NCBI RefSeq assembly: GCF_001186125.1
Contig: NW_014040445.1
Span: 29,652-93,651 of the forward strand
Direction: 5' to 3'
Length of the DNA stretch: 64,000 nt
Source: Sphaeroforma arctica JP610
Lineage: Eukaryota
Positions within the stretch are counted from its first letter, which is position 1, and each line of letters starts with the position of its first letter. Positions 1 through 11,282 of this stretch are shown here, piece by piece. The notes beneath the pieces are model-generated. The model searched no databases. It was given only the letters and a program-made list of their open reading frames with translations, and had not been told where the DNA came from. A program made the translations under genes and the position numbers.

Positions 1-1281
1 AACATATATATGTGTCTCTGTGTGTTTTATAGTGTATGTATACTTACAAATGTATATGCCTGTATTAGTGTCTATGTATTTAAGTGTATATGTATATATC
101 TACATAAAAGTATATATATAATTATATATATATGTGTGTGTGTGTTTTTATGTGTATGTATATGTGTGTGCGTGTATATATATATAGATACATTTATATA
201 TACATTTATATATATATATGTGTGTGTGTTTATGTGTGTGTATGTGCGTGTGTGTGTATGCATTTATTCATGTATGTATGCATGTATTTATGTATGTATT
301 CATGTATGTATGTAATTATAAACACATATATGTATATTTAGGTATATATTTATACATCATCATTGTTTATAGTATTTGTATTCATATTTTCATTTCAAAA
401 TATATATTTGTATTCATATTTTTGTATAAGTATATATAAATATATATATATTAATGTACAATATATATATATATATATGTTTACATACATACATACATAT
501 ATATATATATATTTAAATGAAATTATCAATGCAAGTAAGCATATTTATATAACATGTATTAAATATATATATAAAATATAATAGAGAATATTGAATAATA
601 TATATATATATCATTTATATTTCTAATTATTTGTTCAATTATATGTTTCTTGCTGCATTTCATTATTTACTGATCTGTTTCTTTGTACTATTTTATACTA
701 GATTTCAATATAAGTAATCTCATTAGTTTCCTATTATATTTATTTCTATTTCTATTTATGTATGCGTTTTTTTAATAAATATTTCTATATTTGACACTTG
801 TTCATAAATATATTTATTTGTATTGATATTTCCATAGAATTTATATTTTTGCATGTATATATTTATGTTTATTGCTTATATTTCATGATTTACTTATTTA
901 TTTCTTCTTTCTTTCAATATATATATATGTATATTTGTGTTTTTATGTTTAAGTATTCACTTAATTTTGCATGAATGTATATATATATATATGTAGATAT
1001 ATATATATATGTGTGTGTGTTTATTCACGCTTGTATGTTGTATTTTTTTGTATTTTTGTATGCGTGTATGAATGCATATTTATATATGCATATATATATA
1101 TATATATGCATATGCCTATATATGAATATATGTATGTTGATATATACATATAGCATATATTGATATATACATATAGCCTATATTTATAGATACATAAAGC
1201 ATATATATGTATATATATATATATGTGTTCATATATATATATATATATGTGTGTGTATATATGTTTGTGAGTGTATGATAT

Positions 1282-1336
<55 letters not shown>

Positions 1337-1400
1337 CGTGCGTGCGTGTATTTATGTATGTATATATGTATATCTATATATATTTACTTTTATTTCCATT
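1..1400. repeat. (TA)n/(TG)n microsatellite and AT-rich low-complexity field
   Basis: Visible dinucleotide runs; the ORFs here are YIYI/CVCV artefacts. Confidence 0.95.
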
Positions 1401-2252
1401 ATTATCTCATACTTCTAGAAGTTAAACTACATCTACACTTGGTCTTGTTAGAGATAAGTTCCCAATTGTATGCTGAAATCATTTTATTTTTGTTAGTACA
1501 CGATTGCGATGAAAATTTGAAGTTAACCTCTGTATGTATGTCCTGTACGGTGATCTGTATTTCCGTGTAGGTATACTGGTGTGCTCGCATATCATTGCAA
1601 GTGTAATATAAAGTAGTACATGTAAAAGTTTATTTACGTATGGCTTTGTGTCATGTCTAAACATCTGTCAGATGAAGGCTGTTTCGTGATTTGATAGTGA
1701 GAACTCGTGTACAACCGTGTATAGATTCTTATCTGATGAAGCCTATCGATAGGTGGAGCATGATTTGGATGTGATTTTTGAGTATGCATATACCGTTCTT
1801 ATCTTCTCAAGTTTTTACATGAATGAGTGTACTTACTTTTGAAATCGCATGTATGAGTGAATACCCACAAACGAATTTACATCCGGGTGAACTTAAAAAT
1901 CTAGACATGTAAATAATATAGCGCGAATCTATTAATGTCAATTCGGGTGCTACTTAGCTAGCGAAATATCTATTGCATATTTGTCACACACATGTATCAT
2001 ATACCATTTGTGTATGTCATTGCCTGTACCTTTAATGCATAGCTAATCTTCTGGTCCGAACCTAGATCTTTGTGATTCAATTTTTTCGATATACTCAGTT
2101 TGCCATATTACATGTCTGTTGTCATTGTACTACTGTACATCCACTTCATGAGCAAGCTAATACAATTCAAATTTGCACAACCGTCAAAGTAAGGTTTCCT
2201 TGCATATTGGTTACAGATTGCTAAAACATAGATATTACTCTCCCCACTACAG

Positions 2253-2365
2253 TCGTCGATAGTGCTACAGATTTGCAGGATATGGAAGAGGACGCCCGTA
2301 TGCTTAAGAAGCTCAAAAAGGGCAAGTCGACAGGGGTAGACATTTCAATAGAAATGGACATATAG
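2253..2365 (+). CDS. Probable terminal exon of a DDX55/SPB4-like DEAD-box RNA helicase (upstream exons not identified)
   Basis: Acceptor ctacag, then VDSATDLQDMEEDARMLKKLKKGKSTGVDISIEMDI*, resembling the DDX55 C-terminal 'D.RLLKK.KKGK' motif. Confidence 0.5.
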
Positions 2366-2854
2366 TATAGGTATTATCTTCACATTGTATTAAATTCGTC
2401 CCTTATCATTCTAATAGAACATACAGGTCCGAACCACATGTACTGTCGCCTATTTCCAGGTACAAAATCTTTTTCAAACATGATAGCACGTAGAAGGATG
2501 TGAGAAAAGTTGGACTAGTACAGTGCCAGCGTGCGTGTACATATGTGAGTTGGAAGGAGGTGTTGGCAAGTCTTGTTCAGGACTAGAAATTCAAATGATT
2601 TGCAATTCCTACTCACAGACAATCTTTCTATCAGGATAAGAAAATAAAACCATCAAAATATCTATTTTGGGACTACAATATAGCAAACTAGCGTGAACAG
2701 CAATATAAACGACGCACGATTTAATTTTTTCTCTGGGTAACACCTGGTACCCTTCATTATTTGCTCCAAATAATGCATACTTCAGGGAGACTTGATTTAC
2801 TGCCTCAGCCCACTTTAGAACTTGAGGGGCTATTTTAAGCTATGTGAAACCTGC

Positions 2855-4604
2855 TCACACAATTGGACGGGAGGGCAATCTGCACCCTACCGCTCTATTT
2901 CGATGACTGTTTGTATTAGCGACGTTGCTCGACTGCTGTACACTGATGCCCTTACGACATTTACTCTTCTGCTTCCTTCCGCTTCCATTCTTGGACCAGT
3001 TCCTTCTTTCTTTACACGAACTCTCATTGCGAACTCCCTGGTTGCTATATTTACCTTCCACGTCAATGACGCCAGCGCCACTTTTTGATTTTCTATTATT
3101 GTGTACACCTTCAGAGTTTTGTGTTCTGCTCTCGCGTTTGCTATTCCAAATGCGAAATTCACTTTCTTTGTTTGCACTTTCCCGTTCGAGCCGATGCTCT
3201 CCACAGTTCAATTTCGGGTTCCTAGCCTTCTTATAACTTTTACCGATACTATGACTTGCATTATTGCTCATCGTCTTATAGTTGCTGTGACTTCTCTTGC
3301 GACCTTTTTCTCTAAATTCCTCGTGATGATCGATAAAGTGCTGATATTCATTCTCACTGTCGGATGTTATCCTACTTGAAGCCTTCCTTCGTTTAGATGA
3401 TTGTTCTCTACCATTTACATTCATACCAAATTGCCTTTTCATACAGTCATGATACTGCGCCGGTAATATCCCTTCGTCGTAGTCTTGAGCTTCGAGAAAA
3501 AAATCTTTCACTAGGAAGAAGTTCCCTAGTAAGCGCTCTTCTTGAATAAATCTGAATAAATAGCAGTATGGAAAATGGCAATGAGGAAGCTATCACAATC
3601 AGATAGCAAGCGTTAACGCTCCGGCAAAGTATCACAAAATAGGCGTACCCAATTTACAATGTAGACTCACCTTAGATAGTTGGCAGCGACGTCGTTCACC
3701 TCAACAGCTACTGCACCATCATTGGTCTGGAATCTCAGTACGCTAAGACAATCTGAGTCTGAGTCATCTCGAGGCTTCCGGCCGACGGATAACCCCGAAA
3801 CATTCGCTATCTCACTAACCTTTCGTCCTTTATTGCAGTTCTCGATCGTAAAAACCTCAACCTCTTCACAAAATCTTACCCGTTTTTGGAAAGTTCCGTC
3901 CTGGAGCAACAAAGCAACAAAAATAGTAGATAAGAATTCGGCAATTTTCACCAAGAAAGTGGCAATAGGGAGACCAACCAGAAACCGCAACAAGCATGTG
4001 ATTTCCAAAGGTAAATAAGTTAAAAGAGTATCCCTATTGAATACTACCAGCCTTTAAACAAACGAACAAGAGAATGTGTTTCATAGATGAAAACAAAGAA
4101 TTCACAGAACATACACCAGACCAACCCGCGACGAGCACTTAGGGCTTTAGTCGTACATACACCTAAAGTATATCAGAAATGGACGAACACAAGCGATTCG
4201 ATTTCAATAGTATTCAGCTTGATAGGTAAAAAGTGATAGTCAAGCTAGAATAAACAGCCTAAAAAAATGTAGACTCATCATATATCCAATACCTGTTTGG
4301 TTGAATCGGAGGACTCCACTCTGGCCACGTCGTCCTCAAAAACAAGCTCAAGATCTATCATGTTCGCCAAACAGGTATCATCCTCGTCCTCTGAAGAATA
4401 CACTTCTGAAAATACATTTGAGTCGTAGTCTGACGCCGAGGACTCTCGCACTACTTTACTGCACTCCTCCACGTAAACTTCTAAATGATCACCCTTTTCC
4501 ATGCAAGAGAGATCAAGGGTGTCGACCAAAGCCTCAAGAAGTATGACATCTTGCTCAGTAAGCGAAGAGGTAGACAAGGTACGTCCCATCGGAAGATTTT
4601 CCAC
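2855..4604 (-). CDS. Hypothetical multi-exon gene, acidic/basic low-complexity protein
   Basis: Three co-oriented ORFs (4278-4604, 3667-4008, 2855-3511) with plausible donors (CAG|GTATTG near 4292, AAG|GTGAGT at 3670) and acceptors (3901, 3511). Exon phasing into the last ORF is unresolved. Confidence 0.45.
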
Positions 4605-4773
4605 TACTCAAACTATATTTAATTACACCCGACTCAGAACGTTGTATATGTGATTTGGGTATTTTAAAAAACAAATACTGTATATATTATTATATACGCG
4701 CGTGTGTTTTCAGTAGATTTCAATCAAAATCGATCTTAGCAAGGTATCTCTACAGACTGCGCATGTAAATGCT

Positions 4774-4826
<53 letters not shown>

Positions 4827-6339
4827 TAAATACATAAATGTGTGTGTGAATATAAATATAGAATATACTCCTCCTGACTCTGTTTAGTGTTGAGTGTTGA
4901 TAGTTGAGTCGTGTTGACACTTGACTTATCAGTGTTGAGGGCTTGAGCCCTGGGCGGGCTGGGCCTGAACCCCAAGGCCTGAGGCCTTGAGCCTTGAGCC
5001 TTGTTGTCTGCCCTTGTTGTGTGATCATATGTGTAATGTGAGGGCCGAGGCCGAGGGCCGGAGAGTGGAGGCTCAGCGACTCTCCGTCCTCCGCGAGTAA
5101 ATTGGAAAATTGGAAATAATTTACTCTCTACTAGTAGTTTGTATTAGAGAGTGTCCGCCTGTCCGGGGCTAAATAAAGAAAGTTTTATTGTTTCTCATAG
5201 TCTTCTGGAAATCGAACATTTTTTTTTTAAAATTTCACTTTTGGATCACTGGAACAACAAATATTCAACTTTCAGGGCTTTTATATCTCATTGGTATAAT
5301 TTATAGGGAACTTTTGGGACTTTAGGTCATAAATGAAACTATTGGGAAAGTTCTTCTCTATACTTTATAGCTGAATCGTTCAGAATAGGCCAGCCGCCAG
5401 ACCTCTCTAATCTTAATTTTACTTTTCATACACATGAATTTGTGTTTTACCAAAAACAAACATTATTTTTAAAATATGTAGCCTTGTAGGCTACTCTCTA
5501 GAGTAGTTGAGTCTCTAAATAGTCCTTTTTTTTATTAATATATAAGCTGGTCCGCTGCGCTGCATATTTTTTTAGTAAATGTTATGATATGTAGCCCTCT
5601 CTATTTTATATTCTTAAAAAACTCTGACAGTTTATATTATTTTTGTTGTTTTTAATTTGATTTCTTGTGTTTTTTTGTTTTTATATATAAATACACATAA
5701 AAATATACCTACATGAAAATACATCGTCACCATTGAAGTAAAGATAAATATATCTATCAAAATAAAAGTGGTTATTTATTATTATGATATTTATAGCCAT
5801 ACTCGTAACCTATGAAATTGTCTGCGATTCCGAGTTCCTCCAAAACCACATGTCACTCCAGAGTCCAAACTCCCCGAGAGTTCCCCCTTCCCCCCCGCAG
5901 AGAGTGTCTACACTCCACACTCCACATACTCCACAGTCCCAGAGTCACAGTGAGTCCACACTCCATAGACCCCTCTAATCCAGTCCTAAAAAATTTCTAA
6001 AATACATTCATAGCCATAGCCTTCTAAAATACAGAAGCCAGACATCCGTTCTATTTTTAATCTGGCCCGCTCCTCACCCTGCTTGGCTTGATTTGTCTTT
6101 TTCTTGGGACACACTGAACCGATGTGGGGCTGGCATTATCAGGCAGTAGGGAACGCAATTCATGTGCCCCCTTCTTCTCTTGTGTCTGTACCAGTGGCTT
6201 GTTTTGGATGGGTGCACCATTGTCTGGTTTATGCCGTTTGTTAGTATTGTTATTGCTATCCTCAGCTTGGACGGTTATCTGTGCGGTTTGATGCTTATTT
6301 TGCACTCGCAACTGTTCCCTTAACATTCAATCTCTTTCA

Positions 6340-8071
6340 TCTTGGATGCCACACCTAGACATATGGAATCCCTGGTTGCAGCATTGTCACTGGGTATCGC
6401 CTCTTTCCACGCTTATGGCTTCCATGGCTTCAGCTGGCGACACCCCCGCAACCGACTGGTGATGTTCAAAACATTCATCCTATCCACGGCTACATATGGG
6501 CTGAACATTATTGCCTGGGCTCCGCCTATATGGACCCAAATTGACTCAACGCATATCTTCCATTGTCGACTCGCTTGGCCCAAGCTTCCGGGAATTTACT
6601 GACCACTTCTTCCCATCGATCTTTCCTGAAACACTACAGCGATTATGAGAGCCATACCATATGTTCATGCATTGTAACATACATACTTGTCATTTTTGAA
6701 ATAAATAATATTATCCCTATATGGAAGGATTCGAGCGCTTTAGCTCAGAACTCATCCAAGCAGCAGCCATCATCACGGGCACTAAATTCCATCGGTTTCC
6801 CAAACATCAAACAAACATACTTCACCTTTGCGGCCTGCTCCCCGCGCGACCATTCGCGGACTACCTCGGAGGTTGCCTGAGAATACAACTCGACTCAATG
6901 GCCAGCACAAATCCACTTACCCTTCTGACGCAACCCGCCTGGGCCCACGATATACCATCACTGCGCGTCCCGTACAGTATCTATGTTCACATGAAAACTG
7001 AACACAAAACCACGGGCGGGCATACATCTGACCATGTAGCCTTCCGCCAACACTGTGACAACATCAGGAAGAACTCAACAGAACGTTGGTCCAACAAGCA
7101 GATCGCGGCAATGGCCCGGCGCCAATACTACTACCAAATGGTTATGGGTAAACCGCCAACCTCAAACCGAGACACAGCCAGACACGACAGATTCAATCGC
7201 TGCTTCGAGCCTACACCAATGGCTCTGTGCTATGATTGTAACGAATACGTACATGTTCACATTGCTCGACTCCCGTACCGACGGCTGTCTCTGCCCTGTC
7301 TGCCCCGGTAGCCACAAGTTTACTACCAGCCACTTTACCTGTATCCAACAACTTATTCGACGCATTCTAGTAGGCCCGAAACTGCCGCCCATTGGCCCTG
7401 ACCTCCTTCAGCAATAACAGGACTACCAGGACTTCCACGGTATCTGGACCCTCCACGAACACTTTGTATCTTTTCTCCAGCATGTTGAAGAACCACCGTA
7501 CCTTCACCCGTCCCTGACACACCAACAGATGTTCCCTATACCCCGGCTAATCACGCTGTTGAAGTACTACTTCCAAATATTGGTTCAAACCAAATCATCG
7601 CGCTTGTTGGTTCCGACTTTGATACTTCCGATCCAGGCCAGCCAATAGATACCGAATTCATCCGTGGTCTGGTGCGGCATTGGCATACCCCCATCCTCGC
7701 TTCTCGACCGGATTATGATGGATAACCTGGTCTTTCTCGGTATTTCGTACTCTGCACTAACCCATTCCACAGCACTACACGGCGCAGACCCAATCCGTAC
7801 CACAGAGGTGGGTACTCTACTTAGTAGGTCAGCAAGCGAATATATAGAACATTCGATATTAACAGTGTTTTGTCAACACCGGCCCGAATTGACTCAGCAC
7901 ATATCTTCCATTGTCAACTCACTTGGGCCCAAGCTTCAAACGGGAATTTACTGACCACTTCTTCCCATCAATCTTTCCTGAACCACTACAGCGACTATGA
8001 GAGCCATACCATATGCTCATACATTGTATCATACATACTTGCCATTTTTGAAATAAATAATATTTTCCCTA
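6340..8071 (+). mobile_element. 5'-truncated, degenerate non-LTR retrotransposon (RT C-terminal region, Cys/His knuckle, 3' end)
   Basis: MFKTFILSTATYGL resembles the LINE post-RT 'YK.F+RP.+.YG' motif; CPVCPGSHKFTTSHFTC knuckle near 7290-7340; its 3' end recurs as 5'-truncated copies with TSDs. Confidence 0.7.
6535..6715 (+). mobile_element. Short 5'-truncated copy of the same non-LTR element, nested inside it
   Basis: Close match to about 7883-8071; flanked by CCTATATGGA at 6525-6534 and 6716-6725. Confidence 0.85.
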
Positions 8072-8494
8072 TATGTGACTCAATTATAGTATGAAACATG
8101 GCGTATTCTATATCTGACAAGTGCCCTTCACTCCGATCAGGTCGCATGTCTGCTCTGAGTAGAATATCCACCTATGCTTGTTGTCCATAGCACATAAGTG
8201 CTTGGTACCTTTTTACTTTGAGTAGTTAAAAGTGCACAGGTTCTTTATTTGATTGCGGTAACACTCCTTCTTATGTATACGTTCTGTGCGCACTTCGACG
8301 TTCAGTTTCTTGTTCTGCATGTCATTGAGAAACTTCTCCAACAGATAGTCTACTGGGTGGGGCCTGAGACTGTCAATAAAGATCCTATTGAATTGCTCCG
8401 GTTCCTTGAAATACTTTGTTGCATGTGTCTCAGAATCCCTTAAGTATTGAGAACTGCCTTGATCTTCCCCGTTGCATCAGTGGAATGTAATAGG

Positions 8495-8549
8495 GATAAT
8501 ATTATTTATTTCAAAAATGGCAAGTATGTATGATACAAGGTATGAACAT
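8495..8549 (-). mobile_element. Approx. 55-bp 3'-end copy of the non-LTR element
   Basis: Reverse complement of the element's 3' tail; flanked by AATGTAATAGG at 8484-8494 and 8550-8560. Confidence 0.85.
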
Positions 8550-9341
8550 AATGTAATAGGATTCACACTAGTGCTGGGTATTGACACAGTGGCATGGACT
8601 TTGCTAGGAATAGGTAGATACATTGCGTAGTGAACTCTATTGTAAAAGTCGGTCTCCTCTAGGGCTGACTATACGATACCAAGACGTTTACGTTAATACG
8701 ACAATACGTTAAAGCGTTAAAAATGCAAAATATTAAAAGTAAGTTTAGCTTCAGCCCTTGTTTGTGAGCAAAAGATTAGGGGATTTTAGACTGAGACTAT
8801 TGTCCATATGCTCCGCTCTAATCACTCACTACTTCGGTCTAGATTTATTTATGTTTTTAGTTACTAAGACTAGATATCATTTCATTGGACGTATATTTTA
8901 CATTTCACGCCCCGAAACAATTATCTACTCAAATTAATCAATAAAATATCTCTAAGTCCAACTTAAGAAAATAAAATAAATAAAATCAAACCACCCAGCT
9001 GANNNNNNNNNNNNNNNNNNNNATGCCCAAAATGTCTTTTTCAGGTGTCAGATTTGTATCATTCCTATACTATGTACAATTCTAATTTCAGTGGAAAACC
9101 CAATCTATATTCGGAAAACCACCTAATTGTCCACAGAAGAGTCCCATACTCTACTGAGTACTATCACATGTTCAGAATCTTGAATATCTCAATGCTAAAC
9201 GTATGTCAGTATTATAATTATGAACATTAATACGTTTATACGGTTATAATATACGTTAACTGTGCAACTACTATTAGGAACCCGCTATATTTACACTATG
9301 ATGTCTTCACAATTTTCCATTCTAAAGTAACTATCGTTAGG

Positions 9342-9385
9342 GATAATACTATTTATTTCAAAAATGGCAAGTATGTATGATACAA
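9342..9385 (-). mobile_element. Approx. 45-bp 3'-end copy of the non-LTR element
   Basis: Reverse complement of the same tail; TAGG on both sides (9338-9341, 9386-9389). Confidence 0.75.
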
Positions 9386-11282
9386 TAGGCATCTTGGGAG
9401 ATTCTGAAGTCTTTACTAGTTTCGCAAGAGGTGGTATATTTATCTGGTCGCCTAAACGTGAACGCATGAGCTCTAGCTCACTAGCTCACTAATGTATTGA
9501 CTTATTTGAATGAGGTCACCTTCATCATCGTCACCACAATCCTTGATAGCTAAATCATATCGTTGTCTGAGCTCCGCATTCACTAGTGGCAAGCGTCGTT
9601 CTGGCTGTTGGTCACGAATGCCTACCCTCATCTTGTGTAGGGTCGGTACAGGCACAGGTACTGTTTGTTCCAACTTGGATAAAAATCTGCTAACCAGAAC
9701 GTAGTTGCCTTGACAGATACACTTGTCTATTTCTAGACGCATCGCTGAGGCTAGTATGGGAACCCCTCCAGGTGTAGGTTACTGGGCTAAACCCCTGTAC
9801 CATCTGTACCCACACCCTCTTCTTCCCCACCATACACGCCTGCTCGGCTTGCTGTTGGTATCTTGAGATATCTGTGATGGTGTGTGGGTATTGCAAGTTA
9901 TTAGTGAAAACTTTTGTTACTTTTTGTGTGAATGCGTGCTTTACCCCCCTTGTCTCAGCTGATAGCTTGTATAAAAGTTATTTTTATTTACTATTGTATT
10001 GTTGTTGCTTCGCTGCACTTCGCGGGAAGTGTTTACCGTTCTGTATGGCACAGTAGCTTGTTGCTTTGTTCCCTTTGTTTATAAGGGGTGAAAACGGTGT
10101 TCGTCAGTCAAGCTTATTTCGTCACGTGTGGACTTACTTGTGATTATTCCGTCATATGAGATATTAATTTCTCATGTGTGATCTCAATGAGATGTTTCGG
10201 TCCAAGGTGACTTTACCTCTCGTAGTTGAGTCCTATACAGCTGTGTTTACGGTGGTTTTTCTTGCTACTTTCTTGTCTTAGGACTCTAGCTGATTTCTTG
10301 ATTGCTTTTGAAACACGTGTGTATGGTAGAGTGTGTCTCCTCACCTTCAATGTATGGGCCTTGTGTGTTTTCTTGCCTAGTATTCGAAGTCAAGTGATGT
10401 CTTTGTACTGTTCTTGTGCCCAATTTCTGTCCAGTTTTGTCCTTGCTGGATCTGTGTAGTGCATGATAATGTGAATCAATTTGTACTGCCACTGTCCCCT
10501 TGGATGTTTCTATACCCTGCGTGTTCATGTGACCAAGTTCTGTTCATATCAGTGGTCTGATGTTCACTGTGATCTGATTAATTTGTTTGGTACTATCCTT
10601 GTGACATGTCACTGTTTCGTGTTATATGTCCAGGCGACTCTGTATGCTGACCATTCACGTTTGTGTTGGTATGTTCTTATCACATTATTGAACTGATCGT
10701 TCGTGATTCTTTTGATGTGGTTCAATGTATGGTGTACTATTTTGTCCAGCTGATTGCCTTTCAAGTAATCATAATATTGGTTCTCGTTTTATTTCTGTTG
10801 ATCTTCGTTATGTAATCTTACATTTTGTGATGTGTGGGTAATCTCGTTACTTTGATGTATCATATTCATATATTTGATGTTTTGCACCATGAATAATTTC
10901 TTGGGTTATCTGGAAAGAGGTTTTCACTCACTGATGTCTGTGTTATGTTCATTGACTAGTTTGCTTGCAGTTATGTTTCTTGCTGCTAGTGATTTAACCT
11001 AAAACCATTAGGTCTATGTATACGTTTGTTGTTTTGTTTATGCCTTTTGTTCCTTGTAGCTAACTGCTAATATTAGTTGTTCTAACAGTTAGATATTAGC
11101 TGCGTGTTTCTCTCTGACCTCGTGATCAAGTTCGAAGCTTATAAGTGTACGCGCATGCGAACTTTCAATCTAAATCAGATAACTGGCAATCTAAATCAGA
11201 TTCTTGTGTTGATGTCTTTTTACTTTGTTATAGCTCTATTCTAGTTGCTAGTTCTGCTTCCAATAAAGTTGGCTTCGTTATC

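Noticed and set aside
10..1570. Many ORFs of YIYI/CVCV type (also at 23 kb, 34.5 kb, 50-51 kb, 58.7 kb)
   Set aside because: Translations of stop-poor dinucleotide microsatellites.
8660..8760. Possible hAT-type MITE (TAGGGCTGA...TCAGCCCTT)
   Set aside because: Inverted repeat is short and the 8-bp flanks (gtctcctc vs gtttgtga) do not form a TSD.
6660..9390. Repeated 50-bp unit as a CRISPR array or TIR pair
   Set aside because: Irregular spacing, mixed orientation, variable 5' truncation and individual TSDs fit retrotransposed 3' ends.
11165..11205. Direct repeat caatctaaatcagat as a Helitron terminus
   Set aside because: Simple local duplication with no hairpin/CTRR context.
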